Part shown: piece after piece, positions 36,301-48,300 of the stretch
Numbering within the stretch: the stretch's first letter is position 1
Layout: each line of letters opens with the position of its first letter
Source: Fimbriosthenelais zetlandica
Taxonomy: Eukaryota
Reading direction: 5' to 3'
Length of the DNA: 64,000 bases
NCBI GenBank assembly: GCA_977030845.1
Contig: OZ365117.1
Coordinates: 3,038,001-3,102,000, forward strand
The notes under the pieces: model-generated
Told to the model about the DNA's origin: nothing
Databases searched by the model: none
What the model saw: the letters and a program-made list of their open reading frames with translations, nothing else
Position numbers and translations under genes: made by a program

Positions 36301-39300
36301 AGCTATAGCAACATTCCAAGAATGATAAATTATTCCAGGCAAAATAAAATTGATAGAAAGCTATAATAAAGTTAATAAAAAAAATAAATGACATTCTAAC
36401 AATAGGAAAAATATAATTGTTGAATATCTAGTTACAAGATGATGTTCAAAGTAGTAGATATATAAAATGAGTGTATTACTTAATTTCTCTGTCAAATGTA
36501 CTACTTCCAAGATATTTCATTAAACTATCAAAATTATGATTAGGTTGCTATGTAAAAAATTACTATACTTAATGTCTTGGACTTGATGAATGATTGCCTT
36601 GTTTATAATTGGACAACTTGTGATCTGTTTATAGGGAGAGGCAACCTTTCACCTACCTAACTGAGTGGACATATCATCAGTCTTGTCAGTGACACCGCCA
36701 TAAGCCCCAAAGTCCTCAACTGAAGTTTCCTCTTTCGTTTCCTTTTCCAATTTCTGTCTAGAGGCATCCCGCTTAGGATGCTTTGGACCTGTTATTTCAA
36801 ACATATCCTCAGCAGAGGTTTTCATGTCAGGGGATGTAAGGGATTCTACTTCCTCTTGCCTTTCCTTTTGAATTTCCTTAGCCTTTTCAGCTTTAACCTT
36901 TTCAGCCTCTTTCTTTCGCTTCCAGGTCATAGCTTTCTTTTCCTTAGGAGACTCTGGCTTTTCCTCTTCCTTTGGTTTCTCCTCTTCTGGGGTTTCCACC
37001 TCTTTGGGTTTCTCAGGCTCCTTTGCCTTCTCTGTTTTGGCCTTTTCAGCTTCTTTCTTTTGCTTCAAGGTCATAGCTTTCTTTTCCTTGGGAGACTCTG
37101 GCTTTTCCTCTTCCTTTGGTCTCTCCTCTTGTGGGGCTTCCACCTCTTTGGGTTTCTCAGGCTCCTTTGCCTTTTCAGGCTCCTTTGCCTTTTCTGATTT
37201 GACCTTTTCAGCTTCCTTCTTTTGCTTGAAGGTCATAGCTTTCTTTTCCTTAGGAGATTCTGGCTTTTCCTCTTCCTTTGGTTTCTCCTCTTCTGGAGTT
37301 TCTATTTCTTTGGGTTTCTCAGGCTCCTTAGCCTTTTCTGTTTTGACCTTTTCAGCTTCCTTCTTTTCCTTCCAGGTCATAGCTTTCTTTTCCTTAGGAG
37401 ACTCTGGCTTTTCCTCTTCCTTTGGTTTCTCTTGTGGGGTTTCCACCTCTTTGATTTTCTCAGGCTCCTTAGCCTTTTCTGTTTTGGTCTTTTCAGCTTC
37501 CTTCTTTTGCTTTAAGGTCATAGCTTTCTTTTCCTTAGGAGACTCTGGCTTTTCCTCTTCCTTTGGTTTCTTCTCTTCTGGGGTTTCCACCTCTTTGGGT
37601 TTCTCAGGCTCCTTAGCCTTTTCTGTTTTGGTCTTTTCAGCTTCCTTCTTTTGCTTTAAGGTCATAGCTTTCTTTTCCTTAGGAGACTCTGGCTTTTCCT
37701 CTTCCTTTGGTTTCTTCTCTTCTGGGGTTTCCGCCTCTTTGGGCTTCTCTGGCTCCTTCACCTTTTCTGATTTGGCCCTTTCAGCTTCCTTCTTTTCCTT
37801 CCAGGTCATAGCTTTCTTTTCCTTGGGAGACTCTGGCTTTTCCTCTTCCTTTGGTTTCTCCTCGTCTGGGGTTTCCACCTCTTTGGGTTTCTCAGGTTCC
37901 TTAGGCTTTTCAGCAGCTTTGACCTTTTCAGCTTCCTTCTTTTCCTTCCAGGTCATAGCTTTCTTTTCCTTAGGAGACTCTGGCTTTTCCTCTTCCTTTG
38001 GTTTCTTCTCTTCTGGGGTTTCCGCCTCTTTGGGTTTCTCAGGCTCCTTAGCCTTTTCTGATTTGACCTTATCAGCTTCCTTCTTTTGCTTCAAGGTCAT
38101 AGCTTTCTTTTCCTTAGGAGACTCTGGCTTTTCCTCTTCCTTTGGTTTGTCCTCTTCTGGGGTTTCCACCTCTTTGGGTTTCTCAGGCTCCTTAGCCTTT
38201 TCTGTTTTGGCCTTTTCAGCTTCTTTCCTTTCCTTCCAGGTCATAGCTTTCTTTTCCTTTGGAGACTCTGGCTTTTCCTCTTCCTTTGGTTTCTCCTCTT
38301 CTGGGGTTTCCACCTCCTTGGGTTTCTCAGGCTCCTTAGCCTTTTCTGTTTTGGCCTTTTCAGCTTCTTTCCTTTCCTTCCAGGTCATAGCTTTCTTTTC
38401 CTTTGGAGACTCTGGCTTTTCCTCTTCCTTTGGTTTCTCCTCTTCTGGGGTTTCCACCTCCTTGGGTTTCTCTGGCTCCTTAGGTGTTTCAGCAGCTTTG
38501 ACCTTTTTAGCTTCCTTCTTTTGCTTCAAGGTCATAGCTTTCTTTTCTTTAGGAGATTCTGGCTTTTCCTCTTCCTTTGGTTTCTCCTCTTGTGGGGTTT
38601 CCACCTCTTTGGGTTTCTCAGGCTCCTCAGCCTTTTCTGTTTTGGCCTTTTCAGCTTCTTTCCTTTCCTTCCAGGTCATAGCTTTCTTTTCCTTAGGAGA
38701 CTCTGGCTTTTCCTCTTCCTTTGGTTTCTCCTCTTGTGGGGTTTCCACCTCCTTGGGTTTCTCAGGCTCCTTAGCCTTTTCAGTTTTGGCCTTTTCAGCT
38801 TCCTTCTTTTCCTTCCAGGTCATAGCTTTCTTTTCCTTAGGAGACTCCGGTTTTTCCTCTTCTTTTGGTTTCTCCTCTTGTGGGGTTTCCACTTCTTTGG
38901 GTTTCTGAGGCTCCTTAGGCTTTTCAGGCTCCTTAGCCTTTTCAGCTTCCTTCTTTTCCTTCCAGGTCATAGCTTTCTTTTCCTTTGGAGATTCTGGCTT
39001 TTCCTCTTCCTTTGGTTTCTCCTCTTCTGGGGTTTCTACCTCTTTGGGTTTCTCAGGCTCCTTAGCCTTTTCTGTTTTGACCTTTTCAGCTTCTTTCTTT
39101 TCCTTCCAGGTCATAGCTTTCTTTTCCTTTGGAGATTCTGGCTTTTCCTCTTCCTTTGGTTTCTCCTCTTGTGGGGTTTCCACCTCCTTGGGTTTCTCTG
39201 GCTCCTTAGGTGTTTCAGCAGCTTTGACCTTTTCAGCTTCCTTCTTTTGCTTCAAGGTCATAGCTTTCTTTTCTTTAGGAGACTCTGACTTTTCCTCTTC

Positions 39301-42300
39301 CTTTGGTTTCTCCTCTTGTGGGGTTTCCACCTCCTTGGGTTTCTCAGGCTCCTTAGCCTTTTCAGTTTTGGCCTTTTCAGCTTCCTTCTTTTCCTTCCAG
39401 GTCATAGCTTTCTTTTCCTTTGGAGACTCTGGCTTTTCCTCTTCCTTTGGTTTCTCCTCTTCTGGGGTTTCCACTCCTTTGGGTTTCTCAGGTTCCTTAG
39501 GCTTTTCAGGCTCCTTAGCCTTGTCAGCTTCCTTCTTTTCCTTCCAGGTCATAGCTTTCTTTTCCTTTGGAGATTCTGGCTTTTCCTCTTCCTTTGGTTT
39601 CTCCTCTTCTGGGGTTTCTACCTCTTTGGGTTTCTCAGGCTCCTTAGGCTTTTCAGCAGCTTTGGCCTTTTCAGCTTCCTTCTTTTCCTTCCAGGTCATA
39701 GCTTTCTTTTCCTTTGGAGATTCTGGCTTTTCCTCTTCCTTTGGTTTCTCCTCTTCTGGGGTTTCCACCTCTTTGGGTTTCTCAGGCTCGTTAGGCGTTT
39801 CAGCAGCTTTGGCCTTTTCAGCTTCCTTCCTTTCCTTCCAGGTCATAGCTTTCTTTTCCTTTGGAGATTCTGGCTTTTCCTCTTCCTTTGGTTTCTCCTC
39901 CTCTGGGGTTTCCACCTCTTTGGGTTTCTCAGGCTCCTTAGCCTTTTCTGTTTGGACCTTTTCAGCTTCCTTCTTTTCCTTCCAGGTCATAGCTTTCTTT
40001 TCCTTTGGAGATTCTAGCTTTTCCTCTTCCTTTGGTTTCTCCTCTTCTGGGGTTTCCACCTCTTTGGGTTTCTCAGGCTCCTTAGGCTTTTCAGCAGCTT
40101 TGGCCTTTTCAGCTTCCTTCTTTTCCTTCCAGGTCATAGCTTTCTTTTCCTTTGGAGATTCTAGCTTTTCCTCTTCCTTTGGTTTCTCCTCTTGTGGGGT
40201 ATCCACCTCTTTGGGTTTCTCAGGCTCCTTTGGCGTTTCAGCAGCTTTTGCCTTTTCAGCTTCTTTCCTTTCCTTCCAGGTCATAGCTTTCTTTTCCTTG
40301 GGAGATTCTGGCTTTTCTTCTTCCTTTGGTTTCTCCTCCTCTGGGGTTTCCTTTGGTTTCTCCTCTTGTGGGGTTTCCACCTCTTTGGGTTTCTCAGGCT
40401 CCTTTGCCTTTTCAGGCTCCTTAGCCATTTCTGCTTTGGCCTTTTCAGCCGCTTTCCTTTCCTTCCAGGTCATAGCTTTCTTTTCCTTGGGAGATTCTGG
40501 CTTTTCCTCTTCTTTTGGTTTCTCCTCTTCTGGGGTTTCCTTTGGTTTCTCCTCTTCTGGGGTCTCCACCTCTTTGGGTGTCTCAGGCTCCTTAGGCGTT
40601 TCCGCAGTTTTGGCCTTTTCAGCTTCTTTCCTTTCCTTCCAGGTCATAGCTTTCTTTTCCTTTGGAGACTCTGGCTTTTCCTCTTCCTTTGGTTTCTCCT
40701 CTTGTGGGGTTTCCACCTCTTTGGGTTTCTCAGGCTCCTTAGGCGTTTCAGCAGCTTTGGCCTTTTCAGCCTCCTTCCTTTCCTTCCAGGTCATAGGTTT
40801 CTTTTCCTTGGGAGATTCTGGCTTTTCCTCTTCCTTTGGCTTTGGCATTTCCTGCACTTCCTCAGGCTGTTCCTCAACTAGAGCTTCCACAGCATCTTCA
40901 AATTCATCGTAATCAGAAGTAACTTCCTCCACTTGCTGGTCTAGTTTCTCATCCGCTGTATCTTCTGGCACTGTAACATAGTAAGCTTGGCCGTCAGTGA
41001 CCTCAGTGATGTCAGGTTCCGTCACCTCTTCACTGGTTTCGCTTGTTTCAATGCTGACTTCCTCCTGCTCTGTGCCATCAGGAAGTATTGTCCTCCTTTT
41101 GACTTTCTTTGTTTTTCTGATGATTTTTTTGCCGCCTACATATGTAACTTCTGTTGTTTCTTCAGGCGTGACAGGCTCAGTAACATAATACCCAGTCTCA
41201 CCTTCATCCCCCTCAGTGAAATCCCCGCTCATTTTAACTACAGTTTTCTTGACAGTTTTTCTAGTTACTGTCTCTCCTGCTGGTCCCAATACTTGCTCAA
41301 AAACATCTGAAATCTCCTCAGGCATTTCAAGAGTTGTTTCTGAGACTTGTGAAGAAACAAGAGGTACGTCAGTGATTTCAATGGGGGTGGCAGTGTCAAC
41401 TGTGGGGACTTCGTCTGGTGATGGTGCACCTACAAACTGGGATGATTCTGGTGAAAGGGAAATAACACACAATATTACTACACGGGTAGAATGTGCGAGA
41501 AGACATCAATGACCAAAAGGATAACAGTGCATCACAAGAAAATCACTAAGTCTCAGACAACGCCAACATGTCGTAAAACAACGCCAACATGTCGTAAAAA
41601 ATACGCCAAACTGTCGTAAAATGTCTGATCCATCACAGCCCACTGATTACCAATCATACCTTGGATGAGGATCGCACACAGGCGCAAGTATAGACACATA
41701 ATCAGTTGATTGATTATTAATATGATATCAAATCCAAACTTCTCAGAATATGAGACATCAAGTCAACAATACAGAATAACATGGGAACTGCAGATAAACA
41801 TTCATCGTACATACACCTTATTCAAAGAAAAAAAAACAGTACAAATGAAGAAGTCGCCCTGGAAACAACTTGGGAGTATTGTTAGTGTTACCTTTGCATA
41901 TCATCGTAACTTACCTCGTAAATCTCCTTTGTAACCGAGTCTAATGAACGTGACTTATATCTGTACATACCTTTGACAGTCAACTTTGCAGATGATTTTG
42001 CATTGGGAATTTTCACAGCAATCTGAGCAGAGTCATCCAGTCTGGATTTGTCTATGGTCAGTTGGTGAACAGTTCCCTCAGCTGTGATTGTGGTTCTCTC
42101 ATCTGGGACAATGGGTTTACCATCTTTAATCCATTCCACAGTCTCATCAGGTTTATTTAGTTCACATTCAAAAGTCACTTGTTGTTCTTCAACCACAGTC
42201 TGGTTCTTGATGCGTTTGGTGAAGGATAGAGGGGTTTCTGTATAGGAGGACAGAGGACAGATATACAAACACATCATAATCACCCGAGTCTCACTGACTG

Positions 42301-45300
42301 CACTGTCACACTGCAGTACAACGACAATCACACATTGCCTGTTTCTTCCAACCAAGATTACTTAATAGGTGGAAAGTATAAATAAAACAGGCAATTGGCG
42401 GCAATTGAACTGCATATATCCAGTGCAGTTAAATGTTTTTGAGAAACTCGGGTTCATTCATGTATTGCTGAGAACTGCCAAATTATAATCCGTTGTTTTT
42501 CAAATTCTCAGTTAGAAATCTTGGAGGTCAATCGGCTGTTTCAATTTAGAGATCCATGTGTCAAAATAGTAGTGAATAGGACATGTTATTTTGGCAGTTC
42601 TTAGCTTGAGGAAACTTAATCGATACAAAGACTCCATTCCAAAAGCAATTATAGGAAATACAGCACATATGAAGGTTCCATAAGGCAAAGACATAGTTAC
42701 ACTTAAATCTAAGCAAACTCAGAAGGGATATACATAAACATACATTAAACTTATCGACAAATGTTTTAAAATAAAGAAGGTCCAATGGTTACATGTACCT
42801 TGAACAGTTAATTTGGCTGAGGTTTCCCCTTCTGGGATCCTGACAGTAAAGGCGCCAGCATCACTGAGACTAGCTTTGTTCAGGCTCAGTCGATGCACAG
42901 TACCTTCCACAGTCACCTCAGCATTCTCATCAGGTTCAAAGGGAACACCATCTTTGAGCCACTCCACTGTCACACCAGGTTTGCTCAGTTCACATTCAAG
43001 AGTCACAGTTTCCTCTTCCTTGACTGATTTGTCCGTAAGAGGTTCTTTGATTGTGACAGGAGCTTCTGTTTTGGGAAAGGAAAGGCATTTCTTATACCGG
43101 AGAAAACCATCAGATTATACAGCACAATTCTCATGGGTAAAATAAGCATATATTTGGATTATTCTTAAGCAAGGATATCTTAATCTTAATGAAGTACCTT
43201 AAAAGGGCAAGAAAATCAAAAGGATTACAGAAAAGCACGTTGAAAATCCATCTCAGACTTTGGACATACATAGAATAGAGTAAGGACATGAGTATCTTGA
43301 CAACTTGACAACATACATGTCAAGCAGAGAGCATTCAGTGGCTTATAACCTTACCTTCCACATCAGGATATTACAAGATTCTGCTAAAATTGAAAACGGC
43401 CAAAAACAAGCGCTTAATCAATCAAAAGTACTTTGAATGTCTTATTTAGACATTTGATCACCTACCATCAACCAAGACTGTAGCCATTGTCGATTTACCA
43501 GCTATTTTGCACACATAATCTCCCTCATCTTCGAGCAAGACAGAGGGCATTGTGAGGGAATGCTTCACTCCATCTTGAGAAATAGAACAAACAGTGGTGG
43601 GGAGGACAAGCACACCATCCTTAAACCACTCAGCGGGGTGATGGGGGGCGGACACTTCACACACCAGAGACACTTCATCCCCCTCCAACGCCTGCACGTC
43701 TTCAAGAGGTTTGGTGTAGGATATAGGGGATTCTGCAAGCAATTGGAAAGGTTGGATCGTGATGGGCATTCAAGACAACAGGTTCATAACAAGAAAGTTT
43801 TGTTTGTGACCAGAGATTAAGTTGGCCACAAACAACAGTGAAAGTGGACATGCAGCATTGGGGACTGTGTGTTTATAGTTACAGTGCTTGTTCTTGGCAG
43901 ACATGTAAGGATAGACATGCAGACAATATAGAGATTGATCATTGGGGTCCCTTGTCACTGGTTAATACGAACAAAGACTACAACAAACTGAAGAATCCTC
44001 TACCAGGAAAATTCCAAATGTTGATAAGTTCTGGTGAAGAATAAACAAAAGTATAACAAAGCAGTTCATCCATTATTGATTGGAGAGGAGGTTGTTGCCG
44101 AAGTTGTTGTCTTGCAAATCAAAATGAAAGATAAGAAAATGAGTATTTCTGAAGTCTCACAGCGTGGCAGCATGTCATACACTTACCCTCAACCCATACC
44201 ATGGCCGTGGAGCTGTCTCCGGGTACTTCCACAGTGTACTCTCCTTCATCCTCCAATGTTAAATCTTTGATTGTAAGGCTCTGAATTGTATCCTGTACTT
44301 TGATATCAAACTTTTCGTCTGGTGCTATTTCTCCTTCATCCTTGTACCAAGCACCGATGACGTTTGGTTTAGAAATCTCAGCTTCCAGGGTGACACTGTC
44401 TCCCTCTATTGTTACACACTCTTTGAGAGGTTTGGTTACTGTTGTTGGGATTTCTGCAAGGTCAACATCAAGGTCAAACACACACTATTACAAATACACA
44501 ACATCAAGGGATATGAGGAGACTCAATAGTACAATATAGATGTGGAGGGATACTTAAAGATAAAGGGTCAGGTGGTGCAAGAGGCATTCACACAAAATAT
44601 CTTAAACTATGGTGCCTTATTTACTAGGGATTACAGTTAACCAATTACAACTTCATAGGGTCGTTTCTCCTTTGATTTAAGGACCCATTCCTGTAAAGTG
44701 CAAGTGTGTTGATCATACCTTCAACCCAGAGCATTGCTGTTGTAGTAGCGTCTCCAACTGTTGCCGTATATTCAGCCTCTTCACCTAGCTGTACATCTTG
44801 TATGATGAGCGTGTGTTTAGGGCCATCTACCTTCATCTCATGTCTGTCGTCTGGTTTAATCTCCTTGCCGTCCATCAACCATGTCACCTTCTCGTTCGGT
44901 TTACTAAGTTCACATTCCAAGGTCACTGTTTGACCTTCAACTGTTTCTGTTTGTTGTATGGGGACAGTGAAGGTGACTGGCTCTTCTTCTGAAGGTAGTT
45001 TCTCCTCAACACCTTTCTTTAAAGGCTTCTTGGTTTTCTTTTTGGGCTCTTCAGGTGTTTTGGCTTCTTCAACAGTTTCCTCGGCTACTTTTGGTGCTTC
45101 TTCAACAGGTTCCTTGGTCTTTTCAACTGGTTTTTCTTCTGCAGGTTTTGATTCCTCTTTTGGTTCTTTAGGTTTACCCCATGTTTTCTTCTCTTTCTTC
45201 TCAGGAACTTTTGATTCTTCTACAGGTTCCTCTTTTGGTTTCTTTTCAGGCTTCTCAGGCTCCTTTGCCTTTTCAGGCTCCTTAGCCATTTCTGCTTTGG

Positions 45301-48300
45301 CCTTTTCAGCTTCCTTCTTTTCCTTCCAGGTCATAGCCTTCTTTTCCTTAGGAGACTCTGGCTTTTCCTCTTCCTTTGGTTTCTCCTCTTGTGGGGTTTC
45401 CACCTCTTTAGGTTTCTCAGGCTCCTTAGGCTTTTCAGCAGCTTTGGCCTTTTCAGCTTCTTTCTTTTCCTTCCAGGTCATAGCTTTCTTTTCCTTGGGA
45501 GATTCTGGCTTTTCCTCTTCCTTTGGTTTCTCCTCTTGTGGGGTTTCCACCTCTTTAGGTTTCTCAGGCTCCTTAGCCTTTTCTGCTTTGGCCTTTTCAG
45601 CTTCCTTCTTTTCCTTCCAGGTCATAGCTTTCTTTTCCTTAGGAGATTCTGGCTTTTCCTCTTCCTTTGGTTTCTCCTCTTCTGGGGTTTCCACCTCTTT
45701 AGGTTTCTCAGGCTCCTTAGGCTTTTCAGCAGCTTTGGCCTTTTCAGCTTCTTTCTTTTCCTTCCAGGTCATAGCTTTCTTTTCCTTAGGAGATTCTGGC
45801 TTTTCCTCTTCCTTTGGTTTCTCCTCTTGTGGGGTTTCCACCTCTTTGGGTTTCTCAGGTTCCTTAGCCTTTTCTGCTTTGGCCTTTTCAGCCTCCTTCC
45901 TTTCCTTCCAGGTCATAGGTTTCTTTTCCTTAGGAGATTCTGGCTTTTCCTCTTCCTTTGGTTTCTCCTCTTCTGGGGTTTCCACCTGTGTGGGTTTCTC
46001 AGGCTCCTTTGGCGTTTCAGCAGCTTTGGCCTTTTCAGCTTCTTTCTTTTCCTTCCAGGTCATAGCTTTCTTTTCCTTAGGAGACTCGTCTTTTTTTGGA
46101 ACTGGAACATCTTTAGCCTCGGCCATGGCCAATGTAGTCTCGTCTGGCTCTTGAACCGTAGCGGTTTCTGACACAACTGGTGAATCTACCTTAGTCGTTT
46201 CCTCTTCAGGCATAGTCAGTTCAAGGGCAGCGACCCCAGACAGAGACTTTGGCTCCTGGACAGGCTTTTTAGGTTCCTTGGGTTCTGCCTTTTTGGGCTC
46301 CTTGGGTTCTGCCTTTTTGGGCTCCTTTGCCTTGACATCTTCAACCTCTTCTACAGGAGCAACTGCCATGACAGCTTCTTTGACTTGTTGTTCAGGTTGA
46401 GCTTCAACCTTGGGCTTTTCCTCTGTTTTTGGTACATCCTTGGCTTCGACTGATACAACTTCAGTGGCAGGGACTTCCTCAATGACAGGGGATTCTTCAG
46501 GAGTGACAGGGATTTCTGCAATACGGTGCAACAGGATGTCAACATATACAACCACCACCAATCTATCGTGACAGTATAAACTGAAGGGCTCGGGAAAGTG
46601 TGTTTGGTGGTGCAAACATGCCCACAAAAATATATTGTAAAACACATTTCCACCTTGCCTTGGGGTGATTATGTCCAGAGGCAAAGCCCCTTCAGTTATA
46701 CCCTTAGCCGCCTATAGGACAGCTTAGCACATGCGTCACCCATGCAGGTTTGGCTTATACTTACCATGCATTATTTAGCAGCATTAATATACTACCTACT
46801 CACTTGCAGCCATATGAATAAACCTATTATGTGAATAGGATGCTTACCTGAAATATAAAATAAGAAGAACCATGCTTTTATTATATAATCAAAATAAAAA
46901 TTTAACTGAAAGATACACCTTGGAAGCCTTTGTTTTATATCTAGATAAGAATTACAAAATGAAAGAGATCATCAACAAAAGTAAAGATATAGAAAATGTA
47001 GAAACGTATCACAGCCATAACAACTGAACTTTCTGTATAACAAAGCAGGACAGAATGACAGTTGAAGCAAACAAAATTAGACATAAACAAAGGGGAGGAG
47101 GGGTTAGGAGGAATTCATGAATGTGGACATGAATTGGCACATGTCATGAATGATAAGTGATGCCTTGAAATGGGGAGAGCAGAGGGTATGTCTATCTGAT
47201 CATGAACTAGATCTAAGTGCAGTAAATAATGAACGATATTCGCTCAAACACTGTCCATTATTTAACAATGTTTGGTTAGAGAGAACGGACTAACCAACAT
47301 AACACAATGAATTCATGAATCATAAAAGTGATTCATGTCACATTGCGATACAAATATTTTATCCTGAGAGACAAATATATAAAAAATATATATTATTATA
47401 TATATTTTTCTTCCTAATATTCCTATATATTACTTCGTGGAATGATATTCAATTCAATTCAATCAACTATCTTGATTGAATTGATGATATTTTGGTTGAA
47501 AATATATCAGAATTTCAGAGCTAATAGTTACATGCCTATGGATAAGATATATGTCATGCTTCATACCCTTAAGTTCGAGTTTGGCCTCGGTTTTACACGA
47601 GCCAACTGTTGCAGAATATTCTGACACTTCTTTCGGGGTAGCATCTTTGATGATAAGTCTATGTACCAGTCCCTCTTTGACAATCTGAATGTTTTTGCCA
47701 GTGCCTTTGAGCTGTTTTCCAGCCTTGAACCACGTGACTTCAGCGTCAGGTTTGTTCACGTGACATTCAAACACGACCTCTGTATGCTCAGGCACAGATT
47801 TGTCAGTTAGGGGGACAGTGAATTCAAGAGGCTGGTCTGGAAGTAGGGACACAAATAGGTAGGTAAACACATGGGTTGTGGATATAAGGGATAGGTTCAA
47901 ATCGAATTATATCTACCTTTACTATCATTTACTATCATGATACTTTCTAAACAATTGTAACTGACTAAATCGATGAAAACCTAAAAGATCCCGTACCCTT
48001 CACATCGAGTTTAGCCTTTGTTTTAGAGGTACCAACTGTCGCTGAATACTCTGAAATATCTTTGGCAGTAGCATCTTTGATGATAAGTCTATGTACCAGT
48101 CCATCTTTGACAATTTGAATGTTTTTGCCAGTGCCTTTCAGCTGTTTGCCAGCCTTGAACCACTTTACTTCAGCGTCAGGTTTGTTTACTTCACATTCAA
48201 GCACGGCTTCAGTTTTTTCAGGGACTGTTTTGTCAGTTAAGGGGACAGTGAATTCGGCAGGTTTTTCTGGAATGGGAGACACATGGCGGAAGTCACAAAA

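Noticed and set aside
41888-41970. Alternative downstream donors extending exon 41971
   Set aside because: GAG|GTAAGT (41915) and AAG|GTAACA (41892) give phases 0 and 2, incompatible with the phase-1 PEVK exon.
36778-46171. Long plus-strand Phe/Ser/Leu-rich ORFs (up to 634 aa)
   Set aside because: Antisense shadows of the K/E/P repeats, whose codons lack reverse-strand stops.
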